Below are positions 11,003-22,162 of a DNA stretch of 64,000 bases, piece by piece. Source of the DNA: Rhynchopus sp. YZ270_cl-10 (Eukaryota). Position numbers and translations under genes: made by a program. Position 1 is the first letter of the stretch; every line of letters starts with the position of its first letter. The DNA lies in contig OZ037837.1 of assembly GCA_964035575.1 (NCBI GenBank), positions 1,550,001 to 1,614,000 on the forward strand. Direction: 5' to 3'. Under the pieces are notes generated by a model. The model did no database searches and had not been told where the DNA came from. It worked only from the letters and a program-made list of their open reading frames with translations.

Positions 11003-11851
11003 ATGCTTTTCCGTCTATGGCTTCTCGCTGTTCTTGTGCAGGTTGCTTTGGGTGCCGTCAGCTCATCTTATAAGTGCTTGGGGAGTGCTGACTGTCGCGC
11101 GTTCGAGGACACACTTGGAACGTGCATCGATGGTGCCTGCTTGTGCAGCGACAAGACGGATTCCTCAGACTACTGCAGCGGGAACACCCCATGGGCATCA
11201 CCGGATGGGCTCATGAAGGTTCTATATGTGATGAGTTTCAGATTGAACTGCAGCTTGGTAGATTTACCTGTGTTGATCGTCGAGGCCGCGCGCGACAAGG
11301 CGTACAGCCTCGGATTCACCCCTCGGACAAACTTTATCTGTAGTTCGACCGTCCCGTACATGATTCTGAGGGGGACTGTTCCCCTCAGCGACATTGCAGC
11401 CATCTCTGACAAGCTCTCGGACGCTGTCGACGAGGTCCTTGTTGAGGGCATCCGCATCAACACCACCACCTCGCTGAAGGAGGGGACTGGCTCCTCGTGC
11501 CCTGCTGTCTCCCCTGTTGCAGAGAGCACCTCAATTGGGTTTTCTTGTGTTGCTCTCTCCTGCGTTTCTGGATACAGATACACCATGCATTCCAACCACA
11601 CGATAGAGTGCGTCGAGAACGACAGTGACGAGCGCCCCCTTTATGTCAAGGTGGCAATAGGGTTTTTAGGGGCTATGGCTGTCTGTGTTTTGCTCATTAT
11701 TTGTATTGGTAGCGGGGGTGGCGGGAGTTCAGGATCAGGATCAGGATCCAGTTCAGGATCAGGTGCAGGCTGGTTCAGAAGAACACGGTATGAAACAAAA
11801 ATGAAACAGTGGGAGGACGGCGGCCGCGATGGCACTGAGCCGCAATTGTAA
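11003..11851 (+). CDS. Type I membrane protein with signal peptide, Cys-rich (EGF-like) ectodomain segments, one TM helix and Gly/Ser-rich tail
   Basis: Signal MLFRLWLLAVLVQVALG; C-x4-C...C-x4-C-x-C cluster; TM VAIGFLGAMAVCVLLIICIG; GSGGGGSSGSGSG tail. Confidence 0.75.
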   Translation: MLFRLWLLAVLVQVALGAVSSSYKCLGSADCRAFEDTLGTCIDGACLCSDKTDSSDYCSGNTPWASPDGLMKVLYVMSFRLNCSLVDLPVLIVEAARDKAYSLGFTPRTNFICSSTVPYMILRGTVPLSDIAAISDKLSDAVDEVLVEGIRINTTTSLKEGTGSSCPAVSPVAESTSIGFSCVALSCVSGYRYTMHSNHTIECVENDSDERPLYVKVAIGFLGAMAVCVLLIICIGSGGGGSSGSGSGSSSGSGAGWFRRTRYETKMKQWEDGGRDGTEPQL

Positions 11852-12900
11852 GGTGCTGGCAGCTTGCTCGCGTTTTGCAAACCCGTAAACCCGCAAACTT
11901 CTTCTTGGATTTTTGTGAATTTATGTGAATATTTTGGGGTGTCCTAGGGGTACCAGACACTAACACCCACTTTCACATACTTTCACCCCATTTCACCGCA
12001 TTGCACACCATTACAACACTTTGGTGTTTTAGTCTTTACTAAAGTAAACGGAAAGTAGATAATTGGCGTTATTGTTGTTTTGTTTAAGGAGTACACCTAC
12101 GCACTGTTCTCTTCGTCTTTTGTTACTGTTTATACAAGTTGGGCCTAATGCTCGCGCACTGTGTTATGCTCGTATTGTCTGCACATTGTATCCTAGGGCC
12201 GGTTTTTCGCACAGTACCGTCAAGAGAAGTACTGTTGGCAACTAACCTACACCATTACACCTCTTGTTTAGGATACAGCTTTCATACAGCTCACAGTCGC
12301 AGCTTTTAAAGCACATTTTTTATGCGTGTGGCGATTCGTCCTCACTCTTTGTCATCCAACTCAACAGCCTTGGCGTGGGTTGTTTCACGAAATTTGAGGG
12401 AGAAACAGCTACAGTTTTGTTGAATTGGAGTAGGGGATGCGTCCAATGAATCACGTCGTATAGAAGAGTTCAAGAATGTAGGTTTTATTATTATACCTAC
12501 ATGCAATGCTAAAAGGAAATTGAACACCGTACCCCTACTCCCATCCTTTTTCCATTTTTCTAATCCGGGGCGGTTGGAGTAGAGCCACATTTCACCGACA
12601 GGTCGAGGTGTGTGCGTTTCACCACAACCTCTCCCTTTTATCTTTATTGTTTTTATTGATTTATTGTTTGCGGGGGTGGGGAACCAACATAGAAAAGAAA
12701 AGTAGGAGTGTGGTTTCAATTTTTTGAGACCAGCATGAACTGCAGTGCTGCAGACTGCGATGGCATACTCGCTTGTTTCTTGTTCTTCTGCCACAGACTT
12801 GCCCTGACCTTTTATACCTTTACCTGTTTACCGCGGGGTTTTTGCGCTACTTCATCTTTTGTGTATGATTCCACGCAATGCTAAAAGGAAATTGAACACT

Positions 12901-13078
12901 GTTGGTGCTATCCGGGCGGGGGGGGGTTTCACAACTTTTCAGAAATTTTCACTTTCACAACCCTACCCACACACGTTGTTTTCTAAAACCCCTTCCCCGG
13001 ATAGCACTATTGCTTTTATCTATTCAAAAAAAAAATATTTATTTATCAAAAATCCCCCGGGATACGGATAGCACTAAC
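12901..13078. mobile_element. MITE-like insertion with 14-bp TIRs
   Basis: GTTGGTGCTATCCG ... CGGATAGCACTAAC (one mismatch). It is absent from the paralogous segment near 12504-12725 (ttgaacac|cgtacccc empty site). Confidence 0.75.
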
Positions 13079-13583
13079 CGTACCCCTACTCCCTTCCTTT
13101 TTCTATTCTGGGGAGGTTGGAGTAGATTCACATTTCACCGACAGGTCGAGGTGTGTGCGTTTCACCACAACCTCTCCCTTTTGTCTTTATTGTTTTTATT
13201 GCTTCATTGTTTGCGGGGGTGGGGGAACAACATAGAAAAGAAAAGTAGGAGTGCGGTTTCATTTTTTTTCTTTTTGACACCTTCTTTTGGTTTTTCCCTA
13301 CATATGATTTTCCCTACGTGAAAATCATGCGAATATTTCCCCGAGAGCCGTAGGCACCGTCCAGGACTGCAACTTAATTTTTTTCTCCGCCATTTTTCAT
13401 TTTTTTTCTCTGCAACAAATGGTTTGCGGAGTGACTCTGATGTAAAGAAGCACTACATTGCCTTGGCACAACCCCCTACCCCCACACACCCACATTCCAG
13501 AACACACATCCCCACCCCCTCACCCCCTCCTCCTCCCCTCCTCCCCTCCTCCCCTCCTCCTCCCCTCCTCCTCCCCCTCTTCA

Positions 13584-14006
13584 ATGGAGCGCAGGGCACA
13601 GCCTGCTCGGGTGTCTTCTGTTCGTGAGATGTTCAAGGAAGAGAGGCAGATGCGTAGGGAGCAAGTGTGCGAGGAGAACGCAGATGAGTGCACACGTCTG
13701 CAGGAGGCCTTAGAAGGGGGAGGTGACGGGCGGGCAGCAGAGGTGGCCGCGAAAAGGCGCCGGACGAAGCCCGCACACCAGCAGGCCTTTCTGCGGGCGT
13801 GGAGCTCTAAGGCACCTTGCTCGCTGGACGACACCCCCGCAGGGTCAGTTCACGCTGCTTCCTTCGCCCCGGCTCCAACATCAGCACCCCCACAGCTGTG
13901 CTGTGTCTGCAGCTGTCTTGCTCCCTACGCCTGCCCGAGGTGCACCCGGCACTACTGCTGTATCAAATGTCGCGACAAACACGAAACAGTCATCTGCCTT
14001 ATGTAG
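13584..14006 (+). CDS. zf-HIT zinc finger protein, Vps71/Swc6/ZNHIT1-like (SWR1 complex subunit)
   Basis: C-terminal APPQLCCVCSCLAPYACPRCTRHYCCIKCRDKHETVICL and upstream RLQEALE. The ATG follows a long polypyrimidine tract. Confidence 0.75.
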   Translation: MERRAQPARVSSVREMFKEERQMRREQVCEENADECTRLQEALEGGGDGRAAEVAAKRRRTKPAHQQAFLRAWSSKAPCSLDDTPAGSVHAASFAPAPTSAPPQLCCVCSCLAPYACPRCTRHYCCIKCRDKHETVICLM

Positions 14007-15522
14007 ACACAATACAGTATCGAAGAAACGTTGCCACAGAAGCTCAGTGAAATGCATCTCTTCTGTGGGTCAGGGTTGGTTGCAGGCGACGCTTGCTCAC
14101 ACATCCCGCCAACATAACCATACCATGGAAACGGTGCTCAAAGCGGTGTGAGGTGGGTTGCATCTCAGCAGGGAGGTGGAGGAGGAGGAGTCCCTTAGGG
14201 AGTGCTGTGGGTTGTGTTGTATGTACATCAGAGGCGCGTGATCATGTTGCAATTAACTAACAGAGCTGGGAGAAGAGAAGTAAGCAGGTGAGCATTAATT
14301 CGTTTACTACAACGTATGCACAGCATCAGGGGGTAGAGTCGGGCAACAACAGAACACCGAACGATGCAATAAAGTAGTACAGGTCTGCACCCCTTCGGGT
14401 GATTGCGTGAAGAGCTCGTAAGAGAAGCAGTACTGAGGCAGTCAAGATTCAGGTGAAATGGTTTTGCATTATTTTCTGTGAACCTCAAGATGCGTAATGA
14501 AGCAGATCTTTTTGAAGTCGTCGCAGCTGTAGCCGCTTTGGGTGGAAGAGAAGACATTTGTGCCAACTGGAGTTGCTGTCGAAGTCTCCGCATGGGGGTC
14601 TAACATTGCAGGATGGGGTGGGGTGCTCCAGGCAGAGCAGTCGGTAGCATCGGTGGTTGGCACCCCAGTGTACCTGGAAGGGTGGGTGCACTGCTTCTGT
14701 AGGAGGCTTTGGTGTTGTACGATTTGATGCATCGGTGAGAGGTGTATGGGGTGTGGGGTGGGTGTGGTTGGCAAAGAGCAATAACTTAGCATGTGTGGGG
14801 AGTTGTTTTTGGGATTAATCAGCGTGGTGATGACTGCGCTTTGTTCAGGTGAAGCATGCGAGACGTCTTGGTTGTCTTTGGATAGGATTTGGTGCAAGGT
14901 TAGGTGCACCCGGTGCACGTCGTGTAAAGGTACACTGTCAGAGAGGGCTTTGTATTTCAAGTGAACTTTGAATTTTAAGGTGTTGTTCAGGTGTGGGGTG
15001 TGGTGTGTGTACTTTCAACTTCTCTTTTCAATGTGATGATTCTACGTTTCGCACTGTTGTTGCGTTCATCGCCCTTTCTGTTATGTCTCCTTTTCCTAGC
15101 AGCATTCCTCCCCATCTCTATCGCAACTGAACAAGATAAAACAAAAAGCTCGCGTTTCTTTTATCGAACAGATTTTGTCCTCCGCCCCGTACCCAAAACG
15201 TAAACACCACTTTGAATCAGAAAAAATATTTTCCTCTCCTTTTTTTCTTCCACACGCGCTGCTTGTGTTCGCTTAGTTTTATCAAAAAGCTTTCCCTGCC
15301 ATCACGATGTTTCGTGTTTGCCACAGACGACGCTTTTGTCGTTACAAAGAGGCTAAAGGCTTCTGCCAACATTGCACACACCCTGGTTACTCACGAAGGT
15401 GCTGAGGAGATTGGAACACAGTTAAGTGTAAATGCTGTCACCACTCTGTTTCCATCCCATAAACACACACCCAACCCCTTCCAGACACCCCTGCACCCTC
15501 CCACCTCTTCGAAACACACAAC

Positions 15523-17205
15523 ATGGTGTCTGACACGCAGCCCACCGCACCACAGATGCCGAGCTGTGAGAACTGTGGCGTGCCTGCACAGCTGCAGTGC
15601 GGGAACTGCACGGAGTTGTTCTTCTGCGACACACCTGCATGCTTCGAAGTGTTCCACCCAAGGGCGCGTGACCGTGAGGCACATCGCGCTTCTGTGACTG
15701 CGTACGGGACATCGTCGAAGTGTGCACAGCACCCAGGCCAAGAGCTGTCCCTCGTCTGTGAAGACCCTGCGTGTGGAGACGCGTTGATCTGCATACACTG
15801 TGCTTACTTCGGACATACGGGACACAAGACAGTTGACATCACGGACTACATGAAACGCCAGCGCAACACCCTCTGCTCACACGTGGCAGACCTGACAACA
15901 CAGCGGACTGCTGCAGAGGAGAAGTGCCGTGTGCTTGAGGCACTCCCACCCACGGAGGACAGGTACAAAGACCTTCTCCTTCAGACACACGTCGGGCACT
16001 TCGTGATGCGTGAGGATGTGTCGCGCAGCGAAGTCGTGTGTGAGGAGGAGGTGGCACGGAGCTTCCTCACACAGGCACTCAGTCGTGAAGGGGAGGTGTG
16101 TGCGCTGAAGACGTTTGTTGCGAAGGCAGGACACATGATTGCTGAGTGCGAGGCGGTGTGCCAGCTTGGGGACGACCAGGTGCTGCGTGTGGTCACAGAG
16201 TCGCAGGCCGTTGTGCGGAGCATCAACAGCATGGCAGCGAGTGGAGACCGCCACCGCCTTGTGGGTGCTGCAGACCCACACACAACGTTTTCCCTGAAGC
16301 TGCCTGTTTCGAACGTGCACGACGCCCTTGTCCAGATGTCTGCGCTTTTTGTGCCTGTCTTTGTGCAGGGGTTGGATGGAGTGGAACACGAGATTGAGGT
16401 GAGTGTGGATGACACGGGCAGGGACTTGTTTCGGAAGGTGGCGTCTGCAGTGGGGTTGCGTGAAGGCTGCTTCGACATGACTTTCAGAGATGAAGTGATT
16501 GCAGAAGCAGAGGACGTGGTGCAGCTGAGGGGTCACAGGGTTGTTGTAACGCAGACCAAGACACAGAGGACGAAGCAGGATGCTATTGCAGCACTTCATG
16601 CGTTGGGTGATACAACACTTACATCACAAAGGTTGGAGCAGGTGACTGATCAAGGAAGTGATCCGAAGGTAGCTTGCTTGCTCCTGCAGGCAGGGGTTGT
16701 GACTGCGATTCCGAACAACTTCTTCTCGCGTACTGCAGTGACGTGCATTGATCTCAGTCATGCGTCTGCTGTGACTGCGATTGGGGAGGAATTTCTTAGT
16801 AGCTGCACAGCTTTGACCAAGGTTGATCTGAGTGGATTGCAAGCTGTCACCGTGATTGGGGACTCGTTCCTCCTCGGGTGCACATCATTGTCGACAGTTG
16901 ACCTAAGTGGATTTCAAGCTGTCACCTCGATTGGGAATGAGTTCGTCTCCGAGTGCCGCTCTTTGTTGACAGTTGATCTCAGCACATTCCAAAGTGTCAC
17001 TTCGATTGGCAAGTGGTTCCTCTCCGACTGCGATTCATTGTCTACCGTTGACCTGAATGGATTGCGAGCTGTCAACCACATATGCAACGATGATCCCTTT
17101 GACCTTTGCGGTTTCCTGGTTAATTGCCCAGCGTTGAAGACCTTGCATGGAAAGGACAGGTGCAGCAAAGTTGTCCTACGCGAGGTACAGAAATTAGGCC
17201 TTTGA
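15523..17205 (+). CDS. B-box/coiled-coil - Ubl - LRR protein, copy 2 (5 LRRs)
   Basis: Near-identical N-terminal half to 7414..9249 with divergent LRR variable positions. Lacks the MKRSS...KKAR extension. Confidence 0.85.
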   Translation: MVSDTQPTAPQMPSCENCGVPAQLQCGNCTELFFCDTPACFEVFHPRARDREAHRASVTAYGTSSKCAQHPGQELSLVCEDPACGDALICIHCAYFGHTGHKTVDITDYMKRQRNTLCSHVADLTTQRTAAEEKCRVLEALPPTEDRYKDLLLQTHVGHFVMREDVSRSEVVCEEEVARSFLTQALSREGEVCALKTFVAKAGHMIAECEAVCQLGDDQVLRVVTESQAVVRSINSMAASGDRHRLVGAADPHTTFSLKLPVSNVHDALVQMSALFVPVFVQGLDGVEHEIEVSVDDTGRDLFRKVASAVGLREGCFDMTFRDEVIAEAEDVVQLRGHRVVVTQTKTQRTKQDAIAALHALGDTTLTSQRLEQVTDQGSDPKVACLLLQAGVVTAIPNNFFSRTAVTCIDLSHASAVTAIGEEFLSSCTALTKVDLSGLQAVTVIGDSFLLGCTSLSTVDLSGFQAVTSIGNEFVSECRSLLTVDLSTFQSVTSIGKWFLSDCDSLSTVDLNGLRAVNHICNDDPFDLCGFLVNCPALKTLHGKDRCSKVVLREVQKLGL

Positions 17206-18376
17206 CAAGCAAGAAAAAGTTCACTGCACAGGGGTTGTTGTGAGTCTTCTCGCCTCGCACGTGTGAGCTGCTGCACCGTAACGACACTGGCGATAATGGG
17301 TGGGAAGGGACAAAAATAAGGAGGGTTCACAAAAATGGGTTTGGCGTTTTGGGGTGGGTTTGGGTGAGACAAGGTCAGGGTGATTGGTAGGATGTGAAGT
17401 GTGTGCACTGCATTGGTTTTCATTAGTGCATTGTGAGGTGTGATCTGGTTCATGGAATCGTTAGGCGATGCAAAAGAATGGTACAGTCAAGGTTTTGTTA
17501 CGTGTATTACACTTGACGAACGTTTTCTCTTTTCTTCTTCTGGGATATGACTCTTGTGTTCATATCTTCGGAAATCTTTTACTTTTTCGCCAAGACGACT
17601 CTCATGTGCTCCTCACCACCACACCTACGTCAACAACAGGTAAGACCTATTGGTGTGGGAGGGTTTGGGGTTTCTTCTTTCTCTCAGTGAAGTCTTGAAC
17701 AAGTTTGAGATGAGTTTTACATATTTTTCAGACCAGAGAAGTAGTGAGATAAGCTAGCCACTTGTTTTACGTTATGTAAAAATTTATGTTTGCGTTATGT
17801 ACTAATCATCAGATACACTCCATCCACTCCTATGTGCGGGGGTGTTTGTCGAGGAGGAATAATTAAGCATGTTTGGGGAGTTGTTTTTGGGATTAATCAG
17901 CGTGGTGATGACTGTGCTTTGTTCAGGTGAAGCATGCGAGACGTCTTGGTTGTCTTTGCATTTGGTGCAAGGTTAGGTGCACCTGGTGCACGTCATGTAG
18001 AGTTACACTGTCAGAGAGGGCTTTGTATTTCAAGTGAACTTTCAATTTGAAGGTGTTGTTCAGGTGTGGGGTGTGGTGTGTGTACTTTCAACTTCTCTTT
18101 TCAATGTGATGATTCTACGTTTCGCACTGTTGTTGCGTTCATCACCCTTTCTGTTATGTCTCCTTTTCCTAGCAGCATCCCTCCCATCCCTATCGCAACG
18201 AAGAAACAAAAAAGCAAAACAGGCTTCTGCCAACATTTCACACACCCTGGTTACTCACGAAGGTGCTGAGGAGATTGTGAACACAGTTAAGTATAAATGC
18301 TGTCACCACTCTGTTTCTATCCCATAAACACACACCCAACCCCTTCCAGACACCCCTGCACCCTCACCTCCATAAA

Positions 18377-20065
18377 ATGAAGCGTTCCTCCGTGACTGAG
18401 TCCCCCACCACAAAGAAGGCCCGGGTGGACGGCCCTGCACCCTCCCACCTCTCCGAAACACACAATGTGGGTGCCACGCAGCCCACCGCACCACAGATGC
18501 CGAGCTGTGAGAACTGTGGCGTGCCTGCACAGCTGCAGTGCGGGATCTGCAAGGAGCTGTTCTTCTGCGACACACCTGCGTGCTTCGAAGTGTTCCACTC
18601 ATCCATGCGGCCACGTGACCGTGAGGCACATCGCGCTTCTGTGACTCCGTACGGGACGTCGTCGAAGTGTGCACATCACCCAGGACAAGAGCTGTCACTC
18701 GTCTGTGAAGACCCTGCATGTGGAGACACGTTGATCTGCTTGCGTTGTGCGTACGTCGGACATACGGGACACAAGACAGTTGACATCACGGACTACATGA
18801 AACGCCAGCGTGACACCCTCTGCTCACACGCGACAGACCTGACAGCACAGCGGACTGCTGCAGAGGAGAAGTGCCGTGTGCTTGAGGCACTCCCACCCAC
18901 AGAGGACAGGTACAAAGACCTTCTCCTGCAGACACACGTCGGGCACTTCGTGATGCGTGAGGATGTGTCGCGCAGCGAAGTCGTGTGTGAGGAGGAGGTG
19001 GCACGGAGCTTCCTCACACAGGCACTCAGTCGTGAAGGGGAGGTGTGTGCGCTGAAGACGTTTGTTGCGAAGGCAGGACACATGATTGCTGAGTGCGAGG
19101 CGGTGTGCCAGCTTGGGGACGACCAGGTGCTGCGTGTGGTCACAGAGTCGCAGGCCGTTGTGCGGAGCATCAACAGCATGGCAGCGAGTGGAGACCGCCA
19201 CCGCCTTGTGGGTGCTGCACACCCACACGCAACGTTTTCCCTGAAGCTGCCTGTTTCGAACGTGCACGACGCCCTTGTCCAGATGTCTGCGCTTTTTGTG
19301 CCTGTCCTTGTGCAGGGGTTGGATGGAGCAGAACACGAGATTGAGGTGAGTGTGGATGACACGGGCAGGGACTTGCGTCGGAAGGTGGCGTCTGCAGTGG
19401 GGTTGCGTGAAGGCTGCTTCGACATGACTTTCAGAGATGAAGTGATTGCAGAAGGAGAGGACGTGGTGCAGCTGAGGGGTCACAGGGTTGTTGTAACGCA
19501 GACCAACACAGAGAAGAGGAAGCAAGATGCCATTGCAGCACTTCGTGCGTTGGGTGAGAGAAGACTTACATCAGAAAGGTTTTGGCAGGTGCGTGATCCG
19601 AAGGTGGCTTGCTTGTTCCTGCAGGCACAAGTTGTGACTGCGATTCCAGACAACTTCTTCTCGAGAACTAGAGTGACGTGCATTGATCTCAGTCATGCGT
19701 CTGCTGTGACTGCGATTAGGGGCGAGTTTCTTAGTCACTGCACAGCTTTGACTGATGTTGATCTGAGTGGATTACAATCTGTCACCTGGATTGGGGATTA
19801 TTTTCTCTCCGGGTGCACATCATTGTTGACAGTTGACCTCAGCGCATTCCAAAGTGTCACCACTCTTGGGGATTTTTTCCTCTGCGGGTGCACTTCATTG
19901 TCGACAGTTGATCTGAGTGGATTGCGAGCTGTCACCGAGATATGGATCGAGGATCCCTCGGACCCTTTAGACTTCATGTCCAAGTGCCCAGCGTTGAAGA
20001 CCCTGCATGGAAAGGACAGGTGCAGCAATGTTGTCCTACGCGAGGTACAGAAATTAGGCCTTTGA
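18377..20065 (+). CDS. B-box/coiled-coil - Ubl - LRR protein, copy 3 (4 LRRs, NLS-like N-terminus)
   Basis: Paralog. The 5' end resembles copy 1, while the C-terminus (LREVQKLGL) and 3' flank resemble copy 2. Confidence 0.85.
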   Translation: MKRSSVTESPTTKKARVDGPAPSHLSETHNVGATQPTAPQMPSCENCGVPAQLQCGICKELFFCDTPACFEVFHSSMRPRDREAHRASVTPYGTSSKCAHHPGQELSLVCEDPACGDTLICLRCAYVGHTGHKTVDITDYMKRQRDTLCSHATDLTAQRTAAEEKCRVLEALPPTEDRYKDLLLQTHVGHFVMREDVSRSEVVCEEEVARSFLTQALSREGEVCALKTFVAKAGHMIAECEAVCQLGDDQVLRVVTESQAVVRSINSMAASGDRHRLVGAAHPHATFSLKLPVSNVHDALVQMSALFVPVLVQGLDGAEHEIEVSVDDTGRDLRRKVASAVGLREGCFDMTFRDEVIAEGEDVVQLRGHRVVVTQTNTEKRKQDAIAALRALGERRLTSERFWQVRDPKVACLFLQAQVVTAIPDNFFSRTRVTCIDLSHASAVTAIRGEFLSHCTALTDVDLSGLQSVTWIGDYFLSGCTSLLTVDLSAFQSVTTLGDFFLCGCTSLSTVDLSGLRAVTEIWIEDPSDPLDFMSKCPALKTLHGKDRCSNVVLREVQKLGL

Positions 20066-20572
20066 CAAGCAAGAAAAAGTTCACTGCACAGGAGTTGTTG
20101 TGAGTCTTCTCGCCTCGCACGTGTGAGCTGCTGCACCGTAACGACACTGGCGATAATGGGTGGGAAGGGACAAAAATAAGGAGGGGCTTTGTCAAAAAGC
20201 TTTCCTAGTTTCGAGTGCGAAAACGTTTCTCCATGTATTGCACAGGGAACAACATGACAAACAGGTGCAGGGTGGTTCCGTGCATATCATAGAACCTGGC
20301 ACCTTGTGTGTCTCCCAAAAACCAAAAAGCGTTGTGTGTGAAGTTTTGAAAGAAGGGAAAATAAAATAGGAAGATTAATGAGGGCAGCCCTTACAGCGTG
20401 CCGAAGTGCCAGAGGTGTGAGTGACGGTCACACTTGGTTGTGGGGTTTATTACTGTTTATTTTACCTGAAGGATGAGGATGGATGCGATTATCAAATACT
20501 TTGCGGGGGGTAATTATTATAACGTCTGAGACTTTTTAGAGTCGGTTTTGCACTATCAACTTTTGTTTTTTA

Positions 20573-20841
20573 CCGACCCTCCCCCGTGAAATTGTCCCCC
20601 CCTCCGACCCCCTTGAAATTGTCCCCCCTGGGGGAAAAAGTGAGGGGGGGACAATATCACGTACGGCAAAAAGGGGGGACAATTTCTCGTACTGTAGGGG
20701 GGTGGCCGTTTTGGTGTGAAGAAGGGAGAGCAAAGGTTGTCCCCGCGACTCCCTTGAAATTGTCCCCCCCTGCCTTGAAATTGTCCGTCGGGGCAAAATA
20801 CCGGTTTTTTTGGGGGGGGCAATTTCACGGGGGAGGGTCGG
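20573..20841. mobile_element. Tc1/mariner-type MITE (TA target duplication)
   Basis: TA|CCGACCCTCCCCCGTGAAATTG ... CAATTTCACGGGGGAGGGTCGG|TA, with internal repeats of GAAATTGTCCCCC. Confidence 0.85.
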
Positions 20842-21139
20842 TATTCGGACAAAATACTTTGCACATAACGTGGGTAGCGCACCAACTAAACAAAAGACGA
20901 AAGCCTTTAGAAGAGTTTTTTTATCCTTTCCGGATCAACAAACAACAAACAACGAATAAATAAAGAAGGGGGTATTTCATTATTTCCCCCCCCCCCTTCC
21001 CCTGGTGTACACTCACCTTCCAACATTTCTACACGACCACATGCACTCACCCCCCCGCCCGCCACCAATTTTCACCACAACTCCCCCTGAGTAGTACCCC
21101 CCTCCCAAACACCCCCACAGCCCACACCACACACCTACC

Positions 21140-22162
21140 ATGTTGCAACCCTTCCTTCTCGCCTTCATAGGCACGACCGCTGCATACAATGTGACGCTGT
21201 ACGACATGAGCAGCGAGCCCGTCATCAGCATCGCCAACACCAAGGGCAACGGCTACTCCCCCTGCACCTATACATTCAATCCTTCCTACGTCGCTGCCGC
21301 CGAAGGTGTCGAGGAGGGTGTGCTGCTCCGCACCGCCAAATGCCCTGACGCTTGGGGAGGCGAAACCGACCACATCATGTGGGCACCGTGCGACCGCCTC
21401 ACAGGAAAATGCAAGGATCTTATCAACGACATTGTCGTGCCTGAGGCCAGCCAAGACCCACGCATCGTTTATGACAACAAAACGAAGACCTACTATAATT
21501 TCTATTGGGCGAACAACGTGAACACAACGGGACACAGCACTGTGGAGTATGCGGTCAACACTGCGGGGCGGCCCTACGACAAAGACGCATGGGTGGTCAA
21601 GAAAACACTGCCGTGGATTAGGAATGGGTGTACCATCCTGAGGGACACACCACCACATTATGTAGTGTACGGCGAGGCTCCTGCTCTGTCTGGCGTCGGT
21701 CTTGCCACCACCTATGACATGGAAACGTTCACCACTATCAACGAAACTCTCTTCGTCGTCGATGAATCGCAAGGCGAAGTGGTAATCGAAGCAGGGTCAC
21801 CTCCAATCCGATTGGCATCTGGGGACTACTTTCATTTGTATGCTGCAGGTACAACAGGTTGGGTGGCAAATGGAAACTACACCAGTGGGTACGTCATTCT
21901 GGATGGAGCAGATCCCAACGTCATTGTCCAAAAGTCGACCGAACATCTGCTCATCTCGCAGTACCCATACCAGAACGGTCTGGACCCAACCTCGCCGTAC
22001 CCTGTGCAGCGCAAGAGAACGCTGTTTGCGTGCACAGCAACGCTTCTCCCGCAAGGCTGGGGGCCGGATAGTGCGGAATACGTGAGGGTGTGGTTCGGTG
22101 CGGCCGATGCTTCTGTGGGTACAGCAGTCATCCGGATCGAGCAAAAAACGGGGAAATTTTGA
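21140..22162 (+). CDS. Secreted five-bladed beta-propeller glycoside hydrolase/phosphorylase, GH130-like
   Basis: Signal peptide plus motifs FNPS, QDPRIV, EAGSPPI and WFGAADASVGTA, typical of the GH130/GH43-62-32-68 clan. Confidence 0.75.
   Translation: MLQPFLLAFIGTTAAYNVTLYDMSSEPVISIANTKGNGYSPCTYTFNPSYVAAAEGVEEGVLLRTAKCPDAWGGETDHIMWAPCDRLTGKCKDLINDIVVPEASQDPRIVYDNKTKTYYNFYWANNVNTTGHSTVEYAVNTAGRPYDKDAWVVKKTLPWIRNGCTILRDTPPHYVVYGEAPALSGVGLATTYDMETFTTINETLFVVDESQGEVVIEAGSPPIRLASGDYFHLYAAGTTGWVANGNYTSGYVILDGADPNVIVQKSTEHLLISQYPYQNGLDPTSPYPVQRKRTLFACTATLLPQGWGPDSAEYVRVWFGAADASVGTAVIRIEQKTGKF

Noticed and set aside
14228..14731. Possible minus-strand gene or pseudogene preceded by a CA-rich tract
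   Set aside because: Only an 87-codon frame followed by stops, with no recognisable domain. Insufficient support.
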